This document shows positions 20,060-30,051 of a DNA stretch of 53,959 nucleotides, one piece after another. How positions within the stretch are numbered: the stretch's first letter is position 1; each line of letters starts with the position of its first letter. The DNA comes from Fibrobacteria bacterium (GTDB lineage Bacteria; Fibrobacterota; Fibrobacteria; UBA11236). A program made the translations under genes and the position numbers. The notes under the pieces are model-generated. The model had not been told where the DNA came from. It searched no databases and worked only from the letters and a program-made list of their open reading frames with translations. The stretch spans positions 1 to 53,959 of the forward strand of contig JAYTHY010000126.1 of NCBI GenBank assembly GCA_043732185.1, in the 5' to 3' direction.

Positions 20060-22667
20060 CGATAAGCTCCCATTCTTTCTTATCAAATTTATGAAGGTCG
20101 ATCAATGTAACCTTTCTCGAGTATGAAATCGTCCCATCCCACAAATCAAAAAGGATGGATGCTGATAAGCCGCTCCATAGTGGCTCAATCTCTAATGTAA
20201 AATCTTTGCTACCAATAGTTTTTTTGTTTTTATGAGTGACCTCCACCTCGAAGCCGGACATTCCTTTCCCTTCAACTTTAAGAATTTTTGAGGCACCCAC
20301 TCGGACAAAAAAGCCAAGTACAATTTCAACAGCGCCACCTGCTTTACCCTTGATTCTGTTTTCTTTATTTGTTTCTCTTAAAAACGAAAGGGAGCATGTA
20401 ATCGCCCCTGCCATCTCCAAATAAACTTCGATATCACCCGTATATTTCTTGACAAATTTTGGAATCGCGGATATTGGTGTAGGATATCTTACCTTCAGCG
20501 GCGCACATTTGAAAAGAGGATCAAATGCCGCTTCTATGCTGTATCCGAACAATACTTTGATTGGAAATTCTTCAACTTCGGAATCCTCTTTGAATCCCGT
20601 TTTCCCTCTTACCTTCCCTTGTAAAAATTCAAAATGACTTTCCTCTTCCTCCTCTTTTAATACCCAAGCAATTTTTTTGAGGGCGCCTTTAATGAGCTTG
20701 AACGCTTTATTCGCATCGATTTCCACCATTCGCTCGTCATTGGGATAATTCCATATTGAACACGAAAGGTTTTTTCCATTAGGCGAGTTCAAATCCAACT
20801 TGTATTTTTGGGGAAGAACATCTGGGAACCACCATCCAATTGGGTTAGACCGATATCCTTTAATATTGAATTTAATCTCAGCACCTGTTTTTTTTCCTTC
20901 AAACAGTCCAGGGGCTTCCCATACAGCATTTTTAGCGCCTGTGCCTACCGCCTTCATGGTAATTGATTCGCCATCGATTAATGCAGCAACGACCTCCAAT
21001 ACTTGGCCATTTTTAGCTTTCCGTTTCCCCTCGCCATGCCCACACCAATATTCAACACCTGTTATCGTGTTTGTCGAAACTTTCGTTTCAGCCTTCCCCG
21101 CCCTGATTTCAATCGGTGCCAACAGAATTTCTCGCCGCGTCTTCGGCACGCCACGTGCCGTATTCACAAACGCAATCTCCACCCGCCGATTCTTCTGCGA
21201 TTTAAACCCTTCCTTCTCCTTCGCATCCACCGGGTACTTCTCCCCACATGCCACAATGCCGCCACCCTGCGCCGCATAATGCATTTTCAGCTTCTTCGGA
21301 TCTCGACCTTTCGCTTCAACCAAAAGCCCCAACTGCTCTTCCAGAATATGGAAAACCGCGCCCCAGCTCTCGCGTCCCATGCTCCCGTCGACCTCTAATT
21401 TTCCATCATGCTCGGCATTGAACGCACCCTGAAAATTCTCTACTGCCGCCTTTGTGGCCGCGCTGAACGTCCCATCCACACTGCCCGGATCGCATTCCCA
21501 CCCAAATGCATGATGGAATGCCAGCAAGTATTTTTTCAAGGATTCATTCGACCCCTTTTTTAAAGCTATGGAAACCCAGTCCTCCATTTTTCCATCGAGC
21601 AACGCCTGTACTGACTGCGCCCGCAGTTTGGAAATCTCTACATTATAGGCCGCGTCTCCGGTGGTATCGGCATGACCGTAAATCAGGCATTCGCGGTCCT
21701 CATGATCGGCCGCATAAATCAAGGCATCGGCCAGAATATTCAGAGCCTCAAATGCATCGGCAGCACCTACCGGCGATAGGGCCATCAAGGCGCTATTGTG
21801 ATCGAATAAGCTATCGTGAACTTCAGCGCAGTCGCCCTTTTGCGGGCCGACCTTGATTTTCCCAGAGGTGGCTTCCAGGTTATCCGATTGTCTGCGCGCT
21901 ATAAAATAAAGTTCATCCTTATCAAGCGCTAAAGGCTTCCCGGCATATTTCGCCTCGAACATCCATCCAGCTACAGCAGCATTGTCTCGGCGGCCTTCAC
22001 CCACGCGTCCTGAAAGCGTTGTCAGTTTGGTATCCTCGCCACCCGCTGCCGCTTTCAAAAAAATCGCGTAGGTGACGCCATCACTGGGCATCAATCCTTC
22101 CGTATCCGCCTTGCACCAAACGGAATCGTACAAAGTTCCTTCAGAAATACTTTTTTCTTCGCAATCCGGTTTTTTAGGATCCGCCAACCAAACCCAAGTG
22201 GGATTGAACAGGCGCGGTTTCACCTTTTCCTTTTCTACCTCGGCCGCTTCTGCCTCTAGTTTTTCTTCCACGGCCTTGCGATACAGGGAAGTTTTTGCTG
22301 TTGCCCAAGCCTTTAGTAGTCGATTGGCGGGCGAACCATACATCGCACCGAGTAGGCTGATTTCACCCCTGATAGATAGAGCGAGAATAATTTCCTTTGG
22401 GGGCGTGTATTGGTTAAATCCGTTAGAACCGAAGCTCCTGCCGTTATTCGAACGCGCTCGATTAATTTCCCCCATGGTAATATCGCCAAGTCCAATCGAA
22501 AATCGGCCCAATTCATGCTGCGAAACCTTGAGTGGACAATTTATAGGTACTTCGTTAGTCCCAACCAAAACGACGGATTTTGTGTACGCTTTGGCAAAGG
22601 CCTGACATGGTTTTTTAGCGCACTTTGGGCAGGCTCTGGGGTCCAGAATGGGAAAGTTGGCATCCAT
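20049..22667 (-). CDS. OmpA-C-like domain with inserted peptidoglycan-binding domain and a beta-rich C-terminal extension (candidate polymorphic effector)
   Basis: Split OmpA-C (LIYGHADTTGDAAYNVEISKLRAQSV ... CGEKYP...NRRVEIAF) around PG_binding_1 (PGSVDGTFSAATKAAVENFQ...LEVDGSMGRESW). No Sec signal. Cys-rich N-terminus. Confidence 0.8.
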   Translation of the reverse strand: MDANFPILDPRACPKCAKKPCQAFAKAYTKSVVLVGTNEVPINCPLKVSQHELGRFSIGLGDITMGEINRARSNNGRSFGSNGFNQYTPPKEIILALSIRGEISLLGAMYGSPANRLLKAWATAKTSLYRKAVEEKLEAEAAEVEKEKVKPRLFNPTWVWLADPKKPDCEEKSISEGTLYDSVWCKADTEGLMPSDGVTYAIFLKAAAGGEDTKLTTLSGRVGEGRRDNAAVAGWMFEAKYAGKPLALDKDELYFIARRQSDNLEATSGKIKVGPQKGDCAEVHDSLFDHNSALMALSPVGAADAFEALNILADALIYAADHEDRECLIYGHADTTGDAAYNVEISKLRAQSVQALLDGKMEDWVSIALKKGSNESLKKYLLAFHHAFGWECDPGSVDGTFSAATKAAVENFQGAFNAEHDGKLEVDGSMGRESWGAVFHILEEQLGLLVEAKGRDPKKLKMHYAAQGGGIVACGEKYPVDAKEKEGFKSQKNRRVEIAFVNTARGVPKTRREILLAPIEIRAGKAETKVSTNTITGVEYWCGHGEGKRKAKNGQVLEVVAALIDGESITMKAVGTGAKNAVWEAPGLFEGKKTGAEIKFNIKGYRSNPIGWWFPDVLPQKYKLDLNSPNGKNLSCSIWNYPNDERMVEIDANKAFKLIKGALKKIAWVLKEEEEESHFEFLQGKVRGKTGFKEDSEVEEFPIKVLFGYSIEAAFDPLFKCAPLKVRYPTPISAIPKFVKKYTGDIEVYLEMAGAITCSLSFLRETNKENRIKGKAGGAVEIVLGFFVRVGASKILKVEGKGMSGFEVEVTHKNKKTIGSKDFTLEIEPLWSGLSASILFDLWDGTISYSRKVTLIDLHKFDKKEWELIGDY

Positions 22668-22741
22668 CAAAAAACCCAATGGTGAAAAGGTGCAAACACC
22701 CTTTGAACTGGAAGAAATCTAGAAACTGACGCATAAACGTC

Positions 22742-22757
22742 TGTGATATGGCGCACA
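22742..22757. promoter_or_regulatory. CRP/FNR-family-like box
   Basis: TGTGA-TATGGC-GCACA, a 9/10 match to TGTGA-N6-TCACA, in a divergent intergenic region. Confidence 0.45.
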
Positions 22758-22845
22758 TAACTCCGATCGCTGATTGACTAGGCAAACAACAATAATTTTT
22801 GCTTTCCTAGACCCTTGTCCGCCGCAACTATCTATTTTTCCGCCT

Positions 22846-23403
22846 ATGCCAAAAGTGAACCCCATCAACTTCCTCGCGCTTCTCCTTTCCGTCACCGGAC
22901 TATTGCTCGGCTGCGCGGGAATCGCAACCTCCACCCAGTCCACTTCCGTCCTATCCGTTTCCGCCCGCGAGCCCTTGTTTGTAGCGCTCCCGGTGGTTCC
23001 GGATAGCGTGGACACCCTGCTTTCCCAGATAGGTTGGGTTCCCGGTCGATTTGCCCAGGAGTTGCGGAAGGAATTGATTTTTCAATTCCATAAAAAGGGA
23101 ATGGGTACCATTGAGGACAGTGCTGCCAAGTCCACGCTGGCATTGACTCTAAGCGAATATGTGGAGGGCGGGGGCTTGCCTTCCAGATTTGTCGGGACCG
23201 TCCTTTTAAAGACATCGCAAGGATCAAGGCCTTTTAAAATTGGAAAGGCCGAACAAAGAGCCGCGTCCATTGAACGGCCTGACCCAACGGTGGACAATAT
23301 CCGGTTAATCGCCGAATTGGTGGTTAAGGAAGCCTGCCAAGCTCCTCGAAACAAAAAGGCTCCCAATTCGGACTTTAATCCGCCCATGCTCATGCTTTTT
23401 TAA
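22846..23403 (+). CDS. Hypothetical lipoprotein
   Basis: ATG 22846 gives MPKVNPINFLALLLSVTGLLLGC, ending in lipobox LLGC. Confidence 0.7.
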   Translation: MPKVNPINFLALLLSVTGLLLGCAGIATSTQSTSVLSVSAREPLFVALPVVPDSVDTLLSQIGWVPGRFAQELRKELIFQFHKKGMGTIEDSAAKSTLALTLSEYVEGGGLPSRFVGTVLLKTSQGSRPFKIGKAEQRAASIERPDPTVDNIRLIAELVVKEACQAPRNKKAPNSDFNPPMLMLF

Positions 23404-23494
23404 AAGCTGCTGGCAGTTCGCATCTAACATCTGGCAGCTGGCTATACTTGGCGTGCCGTCTAATTCCTGTTAATTTTCAGCGACGCATTCCACC

Positions 23495-25327
23495 ATGGAC
23501 AAGGACGGTATCAATATGCAGCCAGTTGCAGTAAAGCATCGATTCATCGGCGTTGTCGGCCTAATCCTTCTGGGACTAGGCTTATTAACAGGCTGTCAGA
23601 AAAAAGAAGTAACGGGAAAGAGCACCGCTAAGGCCGTCGTCGATTCCAAACCAATCACCGTGGATACTGCCGGCGCCGTCGATCCTATCGCAAATCCGAA
23701 AGCCGTCAAAGGTGGCACATTTAACACCTGGGGCAGTGGCTTTCCCAAGTCCTTGAATTATTGGCTACAGTCCACTTCCTTTACCGGTGAAATCGCCAAC
23801 CTCATGTTCGAGCCCTTGGTGGCCTTGCACTCCACCCAGAATACGGAGGTGGGCATTCTCGCCGATGCCTGGACTATATCCGCTGACAAATTAACCTTTA
23901 CCTTTCATTTGGATTCCCGTGCCATGTGGAGCGATGGTGTGCCGGTCCGGGCCGAAGATGTGCAGTTCTATTATGACGTGATGATGAATCCCAAAAACCT
24001 GACATCGGCCTTTCGCGTCAGTCTCAAACGCTTTGACCGTCCGGTTGTCAAGGACAGTTTGACGTTGGAAGTTACTGCTAAGGAAGTGCATTGGAATAAT
24101 TTTTGGGATGCGGCGGGCATGGTAGCTTTTCCAAAACATGTGTGGGACAAGGTTGACTTCAATCTTCAGAACTTCGACTTCCCGGCGGTTTCCGGTCCTT
24201 ACCGCATCTCGGAGGTGAAGAAGGAGCGGTCTTTGACATTGGAGCGTAGGGCAGATTGGTGGGGGCGTGCCAAGCGTTACAACCAGAACAAATACAATTT
24301 TGATTTCATCAAATACCGTTTCATGGAAGATCAGATCAAAACTTTGGAGACTTTTAAAAAGGGTGACATCGATGTGCTGCCTATTTATACCGCCGCTATC
24401 TGGGCGCAAAAAACCGATCTCGATCAGGTGAAAAAGGGCTGGATTGTGAAACAGCGCATCTTCAACAAGGAGCCGATCGGTTTCCAGGGTTTTGCCATCA
24501 ACATGCGCCGGCCATTATTTCAGGATATTCGCGTCCGGGAAGCCTTGAGTTTGCTCATCAATCGTCCTCTGATGAACGAAAAGCTGATGTTCAACGAATA
24601 CTTTCTGCTCAACTCGCATTATCCCGATTTGTTCCCGAACAATAGGAATCCGGATTTTCCTTTACGTCCCTTTGATCCCAAAAAAGCGCGTGAACTCCTC
24701 ACGGCCGCTGGATGGAAACCAGGTGCCGATGGCGTGCTCACCAAGGATGGAAAACGGTTTGAGATCTCGCTGCCCACCAGCAGTCCCGATCTCCGCCATT
24801 TAAACGTGTATGTGGAAGCGATGAAGGACGTGGGCATCGTCGCTAAAATCGACCAGGTTTCTTATTCCAGTTTGTCCAAGCGCATGGACAACCATGAATT
24901 CGACATGTACTGGGTGGCCTGGGGAGCCGGGCGCTTGCGTGACCCGGAGCCGGTATGGATTTCAACCACGGCGGATGAAATTGCCTCCAATAATTATCCG
25001 GGCCTCAAGGACAAGCTGGTGGACAGTTTGATTGTCGCGCAAAAGACGGAGATGGATTTGGACAAGCGCAACGCAATCTTAAAGCGCATCGATGGGCAAC
25101 TCAACGCACTCATTCCCTACGTTTTGCTCTGGCAAGCGGACCACAGCCGAATCTTGTACTGGAACCGTTTTGGCACACCGACCTATGTGTACGATAAATT
25201 TGCTCGCGAGGATTGCATCCCCACTTACTGGTTTGTGGACCCGGATAAGGAGAAGGCGTTGCAAACCGCAATGCAGGGGAATAGCAGTTTGAGTTCAAAC
25301 TCTGGCGATATACGCTATCAGGAGTAA
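23495..25327 (+). CDS. yejA: Peptide ABC transporter substrate-binding lipoprotein (family 5, YejA-like)
   Basis: ANPKAVKGG, LADAWTISADKLTFTFHL, SGPYRI, YNFDFIKYRF and INMRRPLFQDIRVREAL. Lipobox LTGC. Confidence 0.88.
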   Translation: MDKDGINMQPVAVKHRFIGVVGLILLGLGLLTGCQKKEVTGKSTAKAVVDSKPITVDTAGAVDPIANPKAVKGGTFNTWGSGFPKSLNYWLQSTSFTGEIANLMFEPLVALHSTQNTEVGILADAWTISADKLTFTFHLDSRAMWSDGVPVRAEDVQFYYDVMMNPKNLTSAFRVSLKRFDRPVVKDSLTLEVTAKEVHWNNFWDAAGMVAFPKHVWDKVDFNLQNFDFPAVSGPYRISEVKKERSLTLERRADWWGRAKRYNQNKYNFDFIKYRFMEDQIKTLETFKKGDIDVLPIYTAAIWAQKTDLDQVKKGWIVKQRIFNKEPIGFQGFAINMRRPLFQDIRVREALSLLINRPLMNEKLMFNEYFLLNSHYPDLFPNNRNPDFPLRPFDPKKARELLTAAGWKPGADGVLTKDGKRFEISLPTSSPDLRHLNVYVEAMKDVGIVAKIDQVSYSSLSKRMDNHEFDMYWVAWGAGRLRDPEPVWISTTADEIASNNYPGLKDKLVDSLIVAQKTEMDLDKRNAILKRIDGQLNALIPYVLLWQADHSRILYWNRFGTPTYVYDKFAREDCIPTYWFVDPDKEKALQTAMQGNSSLSSNSGDIRYQE

Positions 25328-26341
25328 ATGAAAAGCTATTTAATCCGGCGTTTGCTGCTAATGATTCCGACTCTGTTTGGAATCAGCCTGGTTTGCTTCG
25401 CGCTAATCCAGTTTGTGCCGGGAGGTCCCGTAGAGGAAGCGATTTCCCGTATGCGACAGGTTGGCGCAACACGTGGCATGAGCGCGGCCCGCACCATCTC
25501 ACCGGAAGAAGTGGCCAATATCAAGGCGTATTTCGGGTTTGACCAGCCCGCACCCATTCGGTATATCCGATGGATCGGCAATGTACTCAAAGGCGATTTG
25601 GGTACCTCTTACTCTTATCAAGAGCCGGTCCTCAAAGTGATCTTATCTAAGATGCCCATCTCCTTGTTTTTTGGATTGAGTTCCTTTCTACTTTCTTATT
25701 TGGTTTGCGTGCCCCTGGGGATGGCGAAGGCTTTGCGCCATAATTCCTGGTTCGATACATTTACCTCCGTCGGAATATTCACCGGATATGTGATTCCCGG
25801 GTATGCTCTGGGCATTGTCCTCATTGTCTTTCTGGGCGGAGGAAGTTATTTGAATCTTTTCCCCATTTCCGGAATTGTTTCGGAACAGTTTGAAAGTTTT
25901 TCCTTGGGCGGCAAGATTCTGGATTTTCTGCATCATATGACGCTTCCCATGGTGTGCTATATGGTTGGGGAGTTCGCCTTTCTCACAATGCTGATGAAAA
26001 ACAGTTTGCTTGAAGAGCTGGGCAAGGATTATATGCGCACAGCTTTGGTCAAAGGCGCTTCGCTGTGGACGGCGGTTTGGCGTCATGCTTTACGGAATGC
26101 CCTGGTGCCCATCGCCACTCGGGCTAGTGAAATCTTCACGCTCATGTTCGCCGGTTCCGTGCTGATCGAAAGAGTCTTTGACATCGACGGCATGGGGCTC
26201 CTGTTTTACAACTCCACCGTGAACCGGGATTACAATGTGGTATTGGGCGTCATTCTGCTCTCTAGCGCCATGGGCCTTATCGGCAGACTCTTTGCCGACA
26301 TCCTCTATGTGGTCGTGGACCCCAGGATCCGACTCAATTGA
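25328..26341 (+). CDS. yejB: Peptide ABC transporter permease (YejB/OppB-like)
   Basis: YLIRRLLLMIPTLFGI...VPGGPVE, EAA-loop DYMRTALVKG and terminus VDPRI. Confidence 0.9.
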   Translation: MKSYLIRRLLLMIPTLFGISLVCFALIQFVPGGPVEEAISRMRQVGATRGMSAARTISPEEVANIKAYFGFDQPAPIRYIRWIGNVLKGDLGTSYSYQEPVLKVILSKMPISLFFGLSSFLLSYLVCVPLGMAKALRHNSWFDTFTSVGIFTGYVIPGYALGIVLIVFLGGGSYLNLFPISGIVSEQFESFSLGGKILDFLHHMTLPMVCYMVGEFAFLTMLMKNSLLEELGKDYMRTALVKGASLWTAVWRHALRNALVPIATRASEIFTLMFAGSVLIERVFDIDGMGLLFYNSTVNRDYNVVLGVILLSSAMGLIGRLFADILYVVVDPRIRLN

Positions 26342-27357
26342 AACTGGAAAACCTGCACAAGTTCCGCAAGATCCGGCGGGCCTATTATTCACTCTGGATT
26401 CTGGGAGTGGCTTTTTTCCTCTCGCTGTTCAGCGAGTTCATCGCCAATGACAAACCGCTCTATCTTAAATATCATGGGCGGGTTTATTTTCCTGTGGTCA
26501 AATTTTATCCCGGAACGGAATTCGGCGGCCCGTATGCCACGGAACCGGATTACCTAAAACTAAAAGCGGATGCAAATTTTATAGCGGCCGGTGGGAAAAT
26601 GGTATTTCCCCTTATCGCATATGGTCCCCTGCGCGCCAATTTGGAGCTACCCGGAAATCCGCCGCATGCGCCTTCGCGGCAGCATTGGCTGGGCACGGAC
26701 AATACCGCCAGAGACGTTTTAGTGCGCCTCATCTATGGCTTTCGTATTTGCATGCTCTTTGCACTCAGCCTGGCCCTCAGCGACGCTGTGCTAGGCATAC
26801 TTATCGGGGGCATCCAGGGTTTTCTAGGCGGCAAAGTGGACATCACCGTGCAGCGGCTAATTGAGATTTGGAGCGCCTTGCCGTTTCTATATGTGGTGAT
26901 TCTCCTCGGCTCCATTTATGGCAGCGGTTTTGGCATGCTGCTGTTTGTGATGGCGTTGTTTGAATGGATAGGTCTTTCCTATTACATGCGCGGAGAATTT
27001 TTCCGAATTAAGAGCATGAACTATGTCAAAGCGGCGCGGGCATTGGGTTTAGGCCCGGTGCGGATTTTCCTGAACCAGATTCTTCCTAATGCATTGACTC
27101 CGGTGATTACCATTCTGCCTTTTTCCGTAGTGGGCGGCATTTCCGCCTTGACCGCCTTGGATTTTCTGGGCTTTGGATTGCCGCCACCAATGCCGTCCTG
27201 GGGCGAATTGCTGACACAGGGGCTTCAAAATCTGCAATCGCCATGGATTGCCGTATCGACTGTGACCGCGTTGTTTCTGACCTTGCTGTTGGCCACTTTT
27301 ATTGGTGAAGGGGTGCGCGAAGCCTTTGACCCAAAATCATTTAGTCGCTTGGAGTAG
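26338..27357 (+). CDS. yejE: Peptide ABC transporter permease (YejE/OppC-like)
   Basis: EFIANDKPL, HWLGTDNTARDVLVRLIYGFR, LDFLGFGLP..PSWGELL and GEGVREAFDP. Confidence 0.9.
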   Translation: MKLENLHKFRKIRRAYYSLWILGVAFFLSLFSEFIANDKPLYLKYHGRVYFPVVKFYPGTEFGGPYATEPDYLKLKADANFIAAGGKMVFPLIAYGPLRANLELPGNPPHAPSRQHWLGTDNTARDVLVRLIYGFRICMLFALSLALSDAVLGILIGGIQGFLGGKVDITVQRLIEIWSALPFLYVVILLGSIYGSGFGMLLFVMALFEWIGLSYYMRGEFFRIKSMNYVKAARALGLGPVRIFLNQILPNALTPVITILPFSVVGGISALTALDFLGFGLPPPMPSWGELLTQGLQNLQSPWIAVSTVTALFLTLLLATFIGEGVREAFDPKSFSRLE

Positions 27358-27382
27358 CGGGCTTTAGGAATCCATACCACAT

Positions 27383-29437
27383 TCAGTGGGTGCGAAATAC
27401 TCCGACCACGCGACGATTTTTCTGCGCAGGGCTGTCCTCATTAAGGCCAGGTAGCTTAAGCAGTGTGAGGTTGGTCTGAAACACATAGGCTCCGGTGCCT
27501 ACCAAATGACCATCCCAAGTTCGGCTATCCCAAAGCACAATCATGGAACGCGTGGGACCGACTCCGGTCTTAGGCAGTTTTTCAAATTCCACTGGAGACA
27601 ATCCAAATGAGAATTTATTCACATATAGGCCTAGGTTGGTATAAATATAAATGTCCGCTTTAAAAGCCCGGGAAGCTTGCAAGACAACGCCAATATGGTT
27701 CAGGGAATCTTCTGGGGTTAGAGCTCCTGGATACATGTGCCAGCGGCCACCGGAGGGTTTTTCGATTTGCAGATTGGCCGGTCCGACCAATAGCCATTCC
27801 GAAGCTAAAAATTTGGGCGTGTTTTCGGTTTTCACAAAATCGTTTTGCCGACTCACATTCACAACCGTAGCAAAATCAATATATGGAAAGACTTTGCGAA
27901 TTCTGTCGAGGGAATTATCCGGGTTTTGCCAGAGGAATACAATGCTGTCCATTGGCCTGTGTTGCAAGCGGCCATCACCGAGTGTTGGAACCAAATTGAT
28001 TTCCCTTTTAAATGTGGTGGACAGGTAACCGCCCTGCGCCGTCAACGCCACATTTTCTGAGTCTTTGCTTAAAGCCGAGGAAGCGGACACTAGCAATGAA
28101 CAATCTGTGCAGTTCTGGCCCGCGGGGAGATTGAGTCGCGCTTCATAAGATCCGACATCGGCAGTGACATGGGAAACTTTCTGCCCATCATGGTAAAGTG
28201 AAATGTCGCCGGATTCTTGGCAGGTTTCCGTCAATCCCTGACTTAGGTTAGGCCCTTGGTCTGGCACCCTCTGAATAGTAACTAGGTATGGCACCAGTTT
28301 CGATTTAGGTGTGGAGATGCCTCCGGTTGTGTCCGTATAGGTATAGGTGTAGTTGAGCAGAATTTGATTATTGGCATTGGTGAGCGGTATAGGTTTTGCG
28401 AAAACAAAACTCTTAGCGTCTGAGGTAGTGCTGTAAAAAGTTTTTTCTCCCACCGCTACAACGGCATCTTTGGGCGTGGTTGGCAAGAAAATAATATTTC
28501 CAACCACTTGTACTTGAAGGATTTGTTCCAAATTGACTCCCGGGGTATTGATGGCCCAATAGGCACTCTTGGCGCTATTGATGGAGTACCCATTGGCTCT
28601 TAGAGCATTGTTCATTTGCACCAAGGTGCTCGGAGCAACGGCCGGGCTGTGCTGGCTATCGAAAAACACCGTCATGGTTGGAGGCGTCGCCGTGGCCGTG
28701 ATGAATTCATCGACCAAGCCTTCTCGGCCATTGTCTGGAGTGGAGGGCGTGCCGTCGGAAAGAAAAATGAAGAAATGTTTTGATTTGTCGGACTTGGAAT
28801 CCTTCATGGCCAGCTTGGCTGCTTGGAAGCCCAGCGATATATCCGTACCATCGCGGGTATTGAATCGGCCCATGCCCGAATTGTTTCGGGATGCAGGCAG
28901 TTTGGTCACGTATGTTAGGTTGCCCCGCTCATCATGTTTGAGTAAGGCCCTTAAAGTGTCTAGGCCACGAATCCCGCCTGGAAAAGATTTGTTCAGAGCC
29001 GTCAAGGGTACAAAGGAATCGTGCTGCGTGGAATCAGATGGAAAAGCCGTGCGGAAAAACGAATTCTCACGATGGTCGAAGGCTAACCGCCGGGTAAAGA
29101 TCACTAGGCCGACTTCCGTTGAGGGGGCGACGGAAAAAATTCCCTCAAGCAGCGAGGAGACTACTTTGAAACGGGAGACATTGGGATCATTTTCGTCCAT
29201 ACTTCCCGAGTTGTCGATGATAAATACGATGGACGTTGGCGGTCCGGAAGGACTGAGCTGTACGGGCTCGTTGCAATAGGGCACATTAGGATTGAGCCAG
29301 ATGACTTCGTTGGAAACAGCAATCGTGGTGGTTGCAAATTTAGTCGGGCATTCCGTAAGCGCGATATTGCAAGTACGGCTCGCACCGCACAGCGTGACTG
29401 TCAAAAATAGGAGCGGTATAAATCTAGGAAGTTCCAC
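27383..29437 (-). CDS. Secreted von Willebrand factor A domain protein with Fibrobacter-type C-terminal domain
   Basis: MIDAS motif IVFIIDNSGSM, GTDISLG and FIFLSDG. Signal peptide. Tail IYIYTNLGLYVN...WDSR..DGHLVGTGAYV. Confidence 0.85.
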   Translation of the reverse strand: MELPRFIPLLFLTVTLCGASRTCNIALTECPTKFATTTIAVSNEVIWLNPNVPYCNEPVQLSPSGPPTSIVFIIDNSGSMDENDPNVSRFKVVSSLLEGIFSVAPSTEVGLVIFTRRLAFDHRENSFFRTAFPSDSTQHDSFVPLTALNKSFPGGIRGLDTLRALLKHDERGNLTYVTKLPASRNNSGMGRFNTRDGTDISLGFQAAKLAMKDSKSDKSKHFFIFLSDGTPSTPDNGREGLVDEFITATATPPTMTVFFDSQHSPAVAPSTLVQMNNALRANGYSINSAKSAYWAINTPGVNLEQILQVQVVGNIIFLPTTPKDAVVAVGEKTFYSTTSDAKSFVFAKPIPLTNANNQILLNYTYTYTDTTGGISTPKSKLVPYLVTIQRVPDQGPNLSQGLTETCQESGDISLYHDGQKVSHVTADVGSYEARLNLPAGQNCTDCSLLVSASSALSKDSENVALTAQGGYLSTTFKREINLVPTLGDGRLQHRPMDSIVFLWQNPDNSLDRIRKVFPYIDFATVVNVSRQNDFVKTENTPKFLASEWLLVGPANLQIEKPSGGRWHMYPGALTPEDSLNHIGVVLQASRAFKADIYIYTNLGLYVNKFSFGLSPVEFEKLPKTGVGPTRSMIVLWDSRTWDGHLVGTGAYVFQTNLTLLKLPGLNEDSPAQKNRRVVGVFRTH

Positions 29438-29439
29438 TT

Positions 29440-30051
29440 TTATTGTGGCCGAAGCAAGCCCACGATTCGGTATTCAGAGAGCAAGACCTGGTCCTCGGCA
29501 ATTCCGGGAATTTTCAGCAAGGTCACATCGGTTTTAAGAACGTACGCACCGGTACCCGCTAGGCTTCCATCCTGGGCACGATTGTCCCAAAGAATACGCA
29601 GAACGCGGGTATTTTTAGTGATACCTTTGGAGAGCTTGTTGAATTCTTCCGGCGAAACCGTAAATTCAATCTTGTTCACATAGAGGCCTAAATTGGTAAA
29701 AATGCGAATGGATACTTTAAAGGCTCGAGAGGCTTCCACGTCCATGCCTACATAATGGGAGGCATCTTCCTGGCTAAGTGGGCTGGGTAGGATATTCCAA
29801 TTTCCGATTGGACTGTTGGTTGGCGAGGGTTTGAGCGCGACCGGGGCAATCAGTCTAAATTGCTCGCTGGTCTTCATTAGGCTTTGGCTTTCGGAGATGG
29901 CCATGCTATTGAATGGAAGGATGCGCAGCGAAGGTTTATTTTCCTTATCACCCTTGCGGGACTCATCCGCCTGCGCAGGGCTGGAAATGAGTGAACCGAA
30001 CCAAAGTCCGATTGTTAAAAGCTTGGGTAAAGTTTTGAATCGCACCGTCAA
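29440..30051 (-). CDS. Signal peptide + stand-alone copy of the neighbouring VWA protein's C-terminal domain
   Basis: Likely start is TTG 30051 or GTG 30045, since the track's 30228 start overlaps oppD. Signal ends in AQA. ASRAFK..IFTNLGLYVNK...WDNRAQDGSLAGTGAYV parallels the VWA tail. Confidence 0.75.
   Translation of the reverse strand: MTVRFKTLPKLLTIGLWFGSLISSPAQADESRKGDKENKPSLRILPFNSMAISESQSLMKTSEQFRLIAPVALKPSPTNSPIGNWNILPSPLSQEDASHYVGMDVEASRAFKVSIRIFTNLGLYVNKIEFTVSPEEFNKLSKGITKNTRVLRILWDNRAQDGSLAGTGAYVLKTDVTLLKIPGIAEDQVLLSEYRIVGLLRPQ

Noticed and set aside
22686..22704. Hairpin AAAGGTG-CAAA-CACCCTTT as a c-di-GMP riboswitch
   Set aside because: It lacks the second stem and tetraloop-receptor architecture and is only a short hairpin.
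28569..29279. 236-aa plus-strand ORF, and similar long antisense ORFs at 634-1188, 22072-22605, 23891-24409 and 40715-41200
   Set aside because: They are antisense shadows of well-supported genes and show no recognisable motifs.
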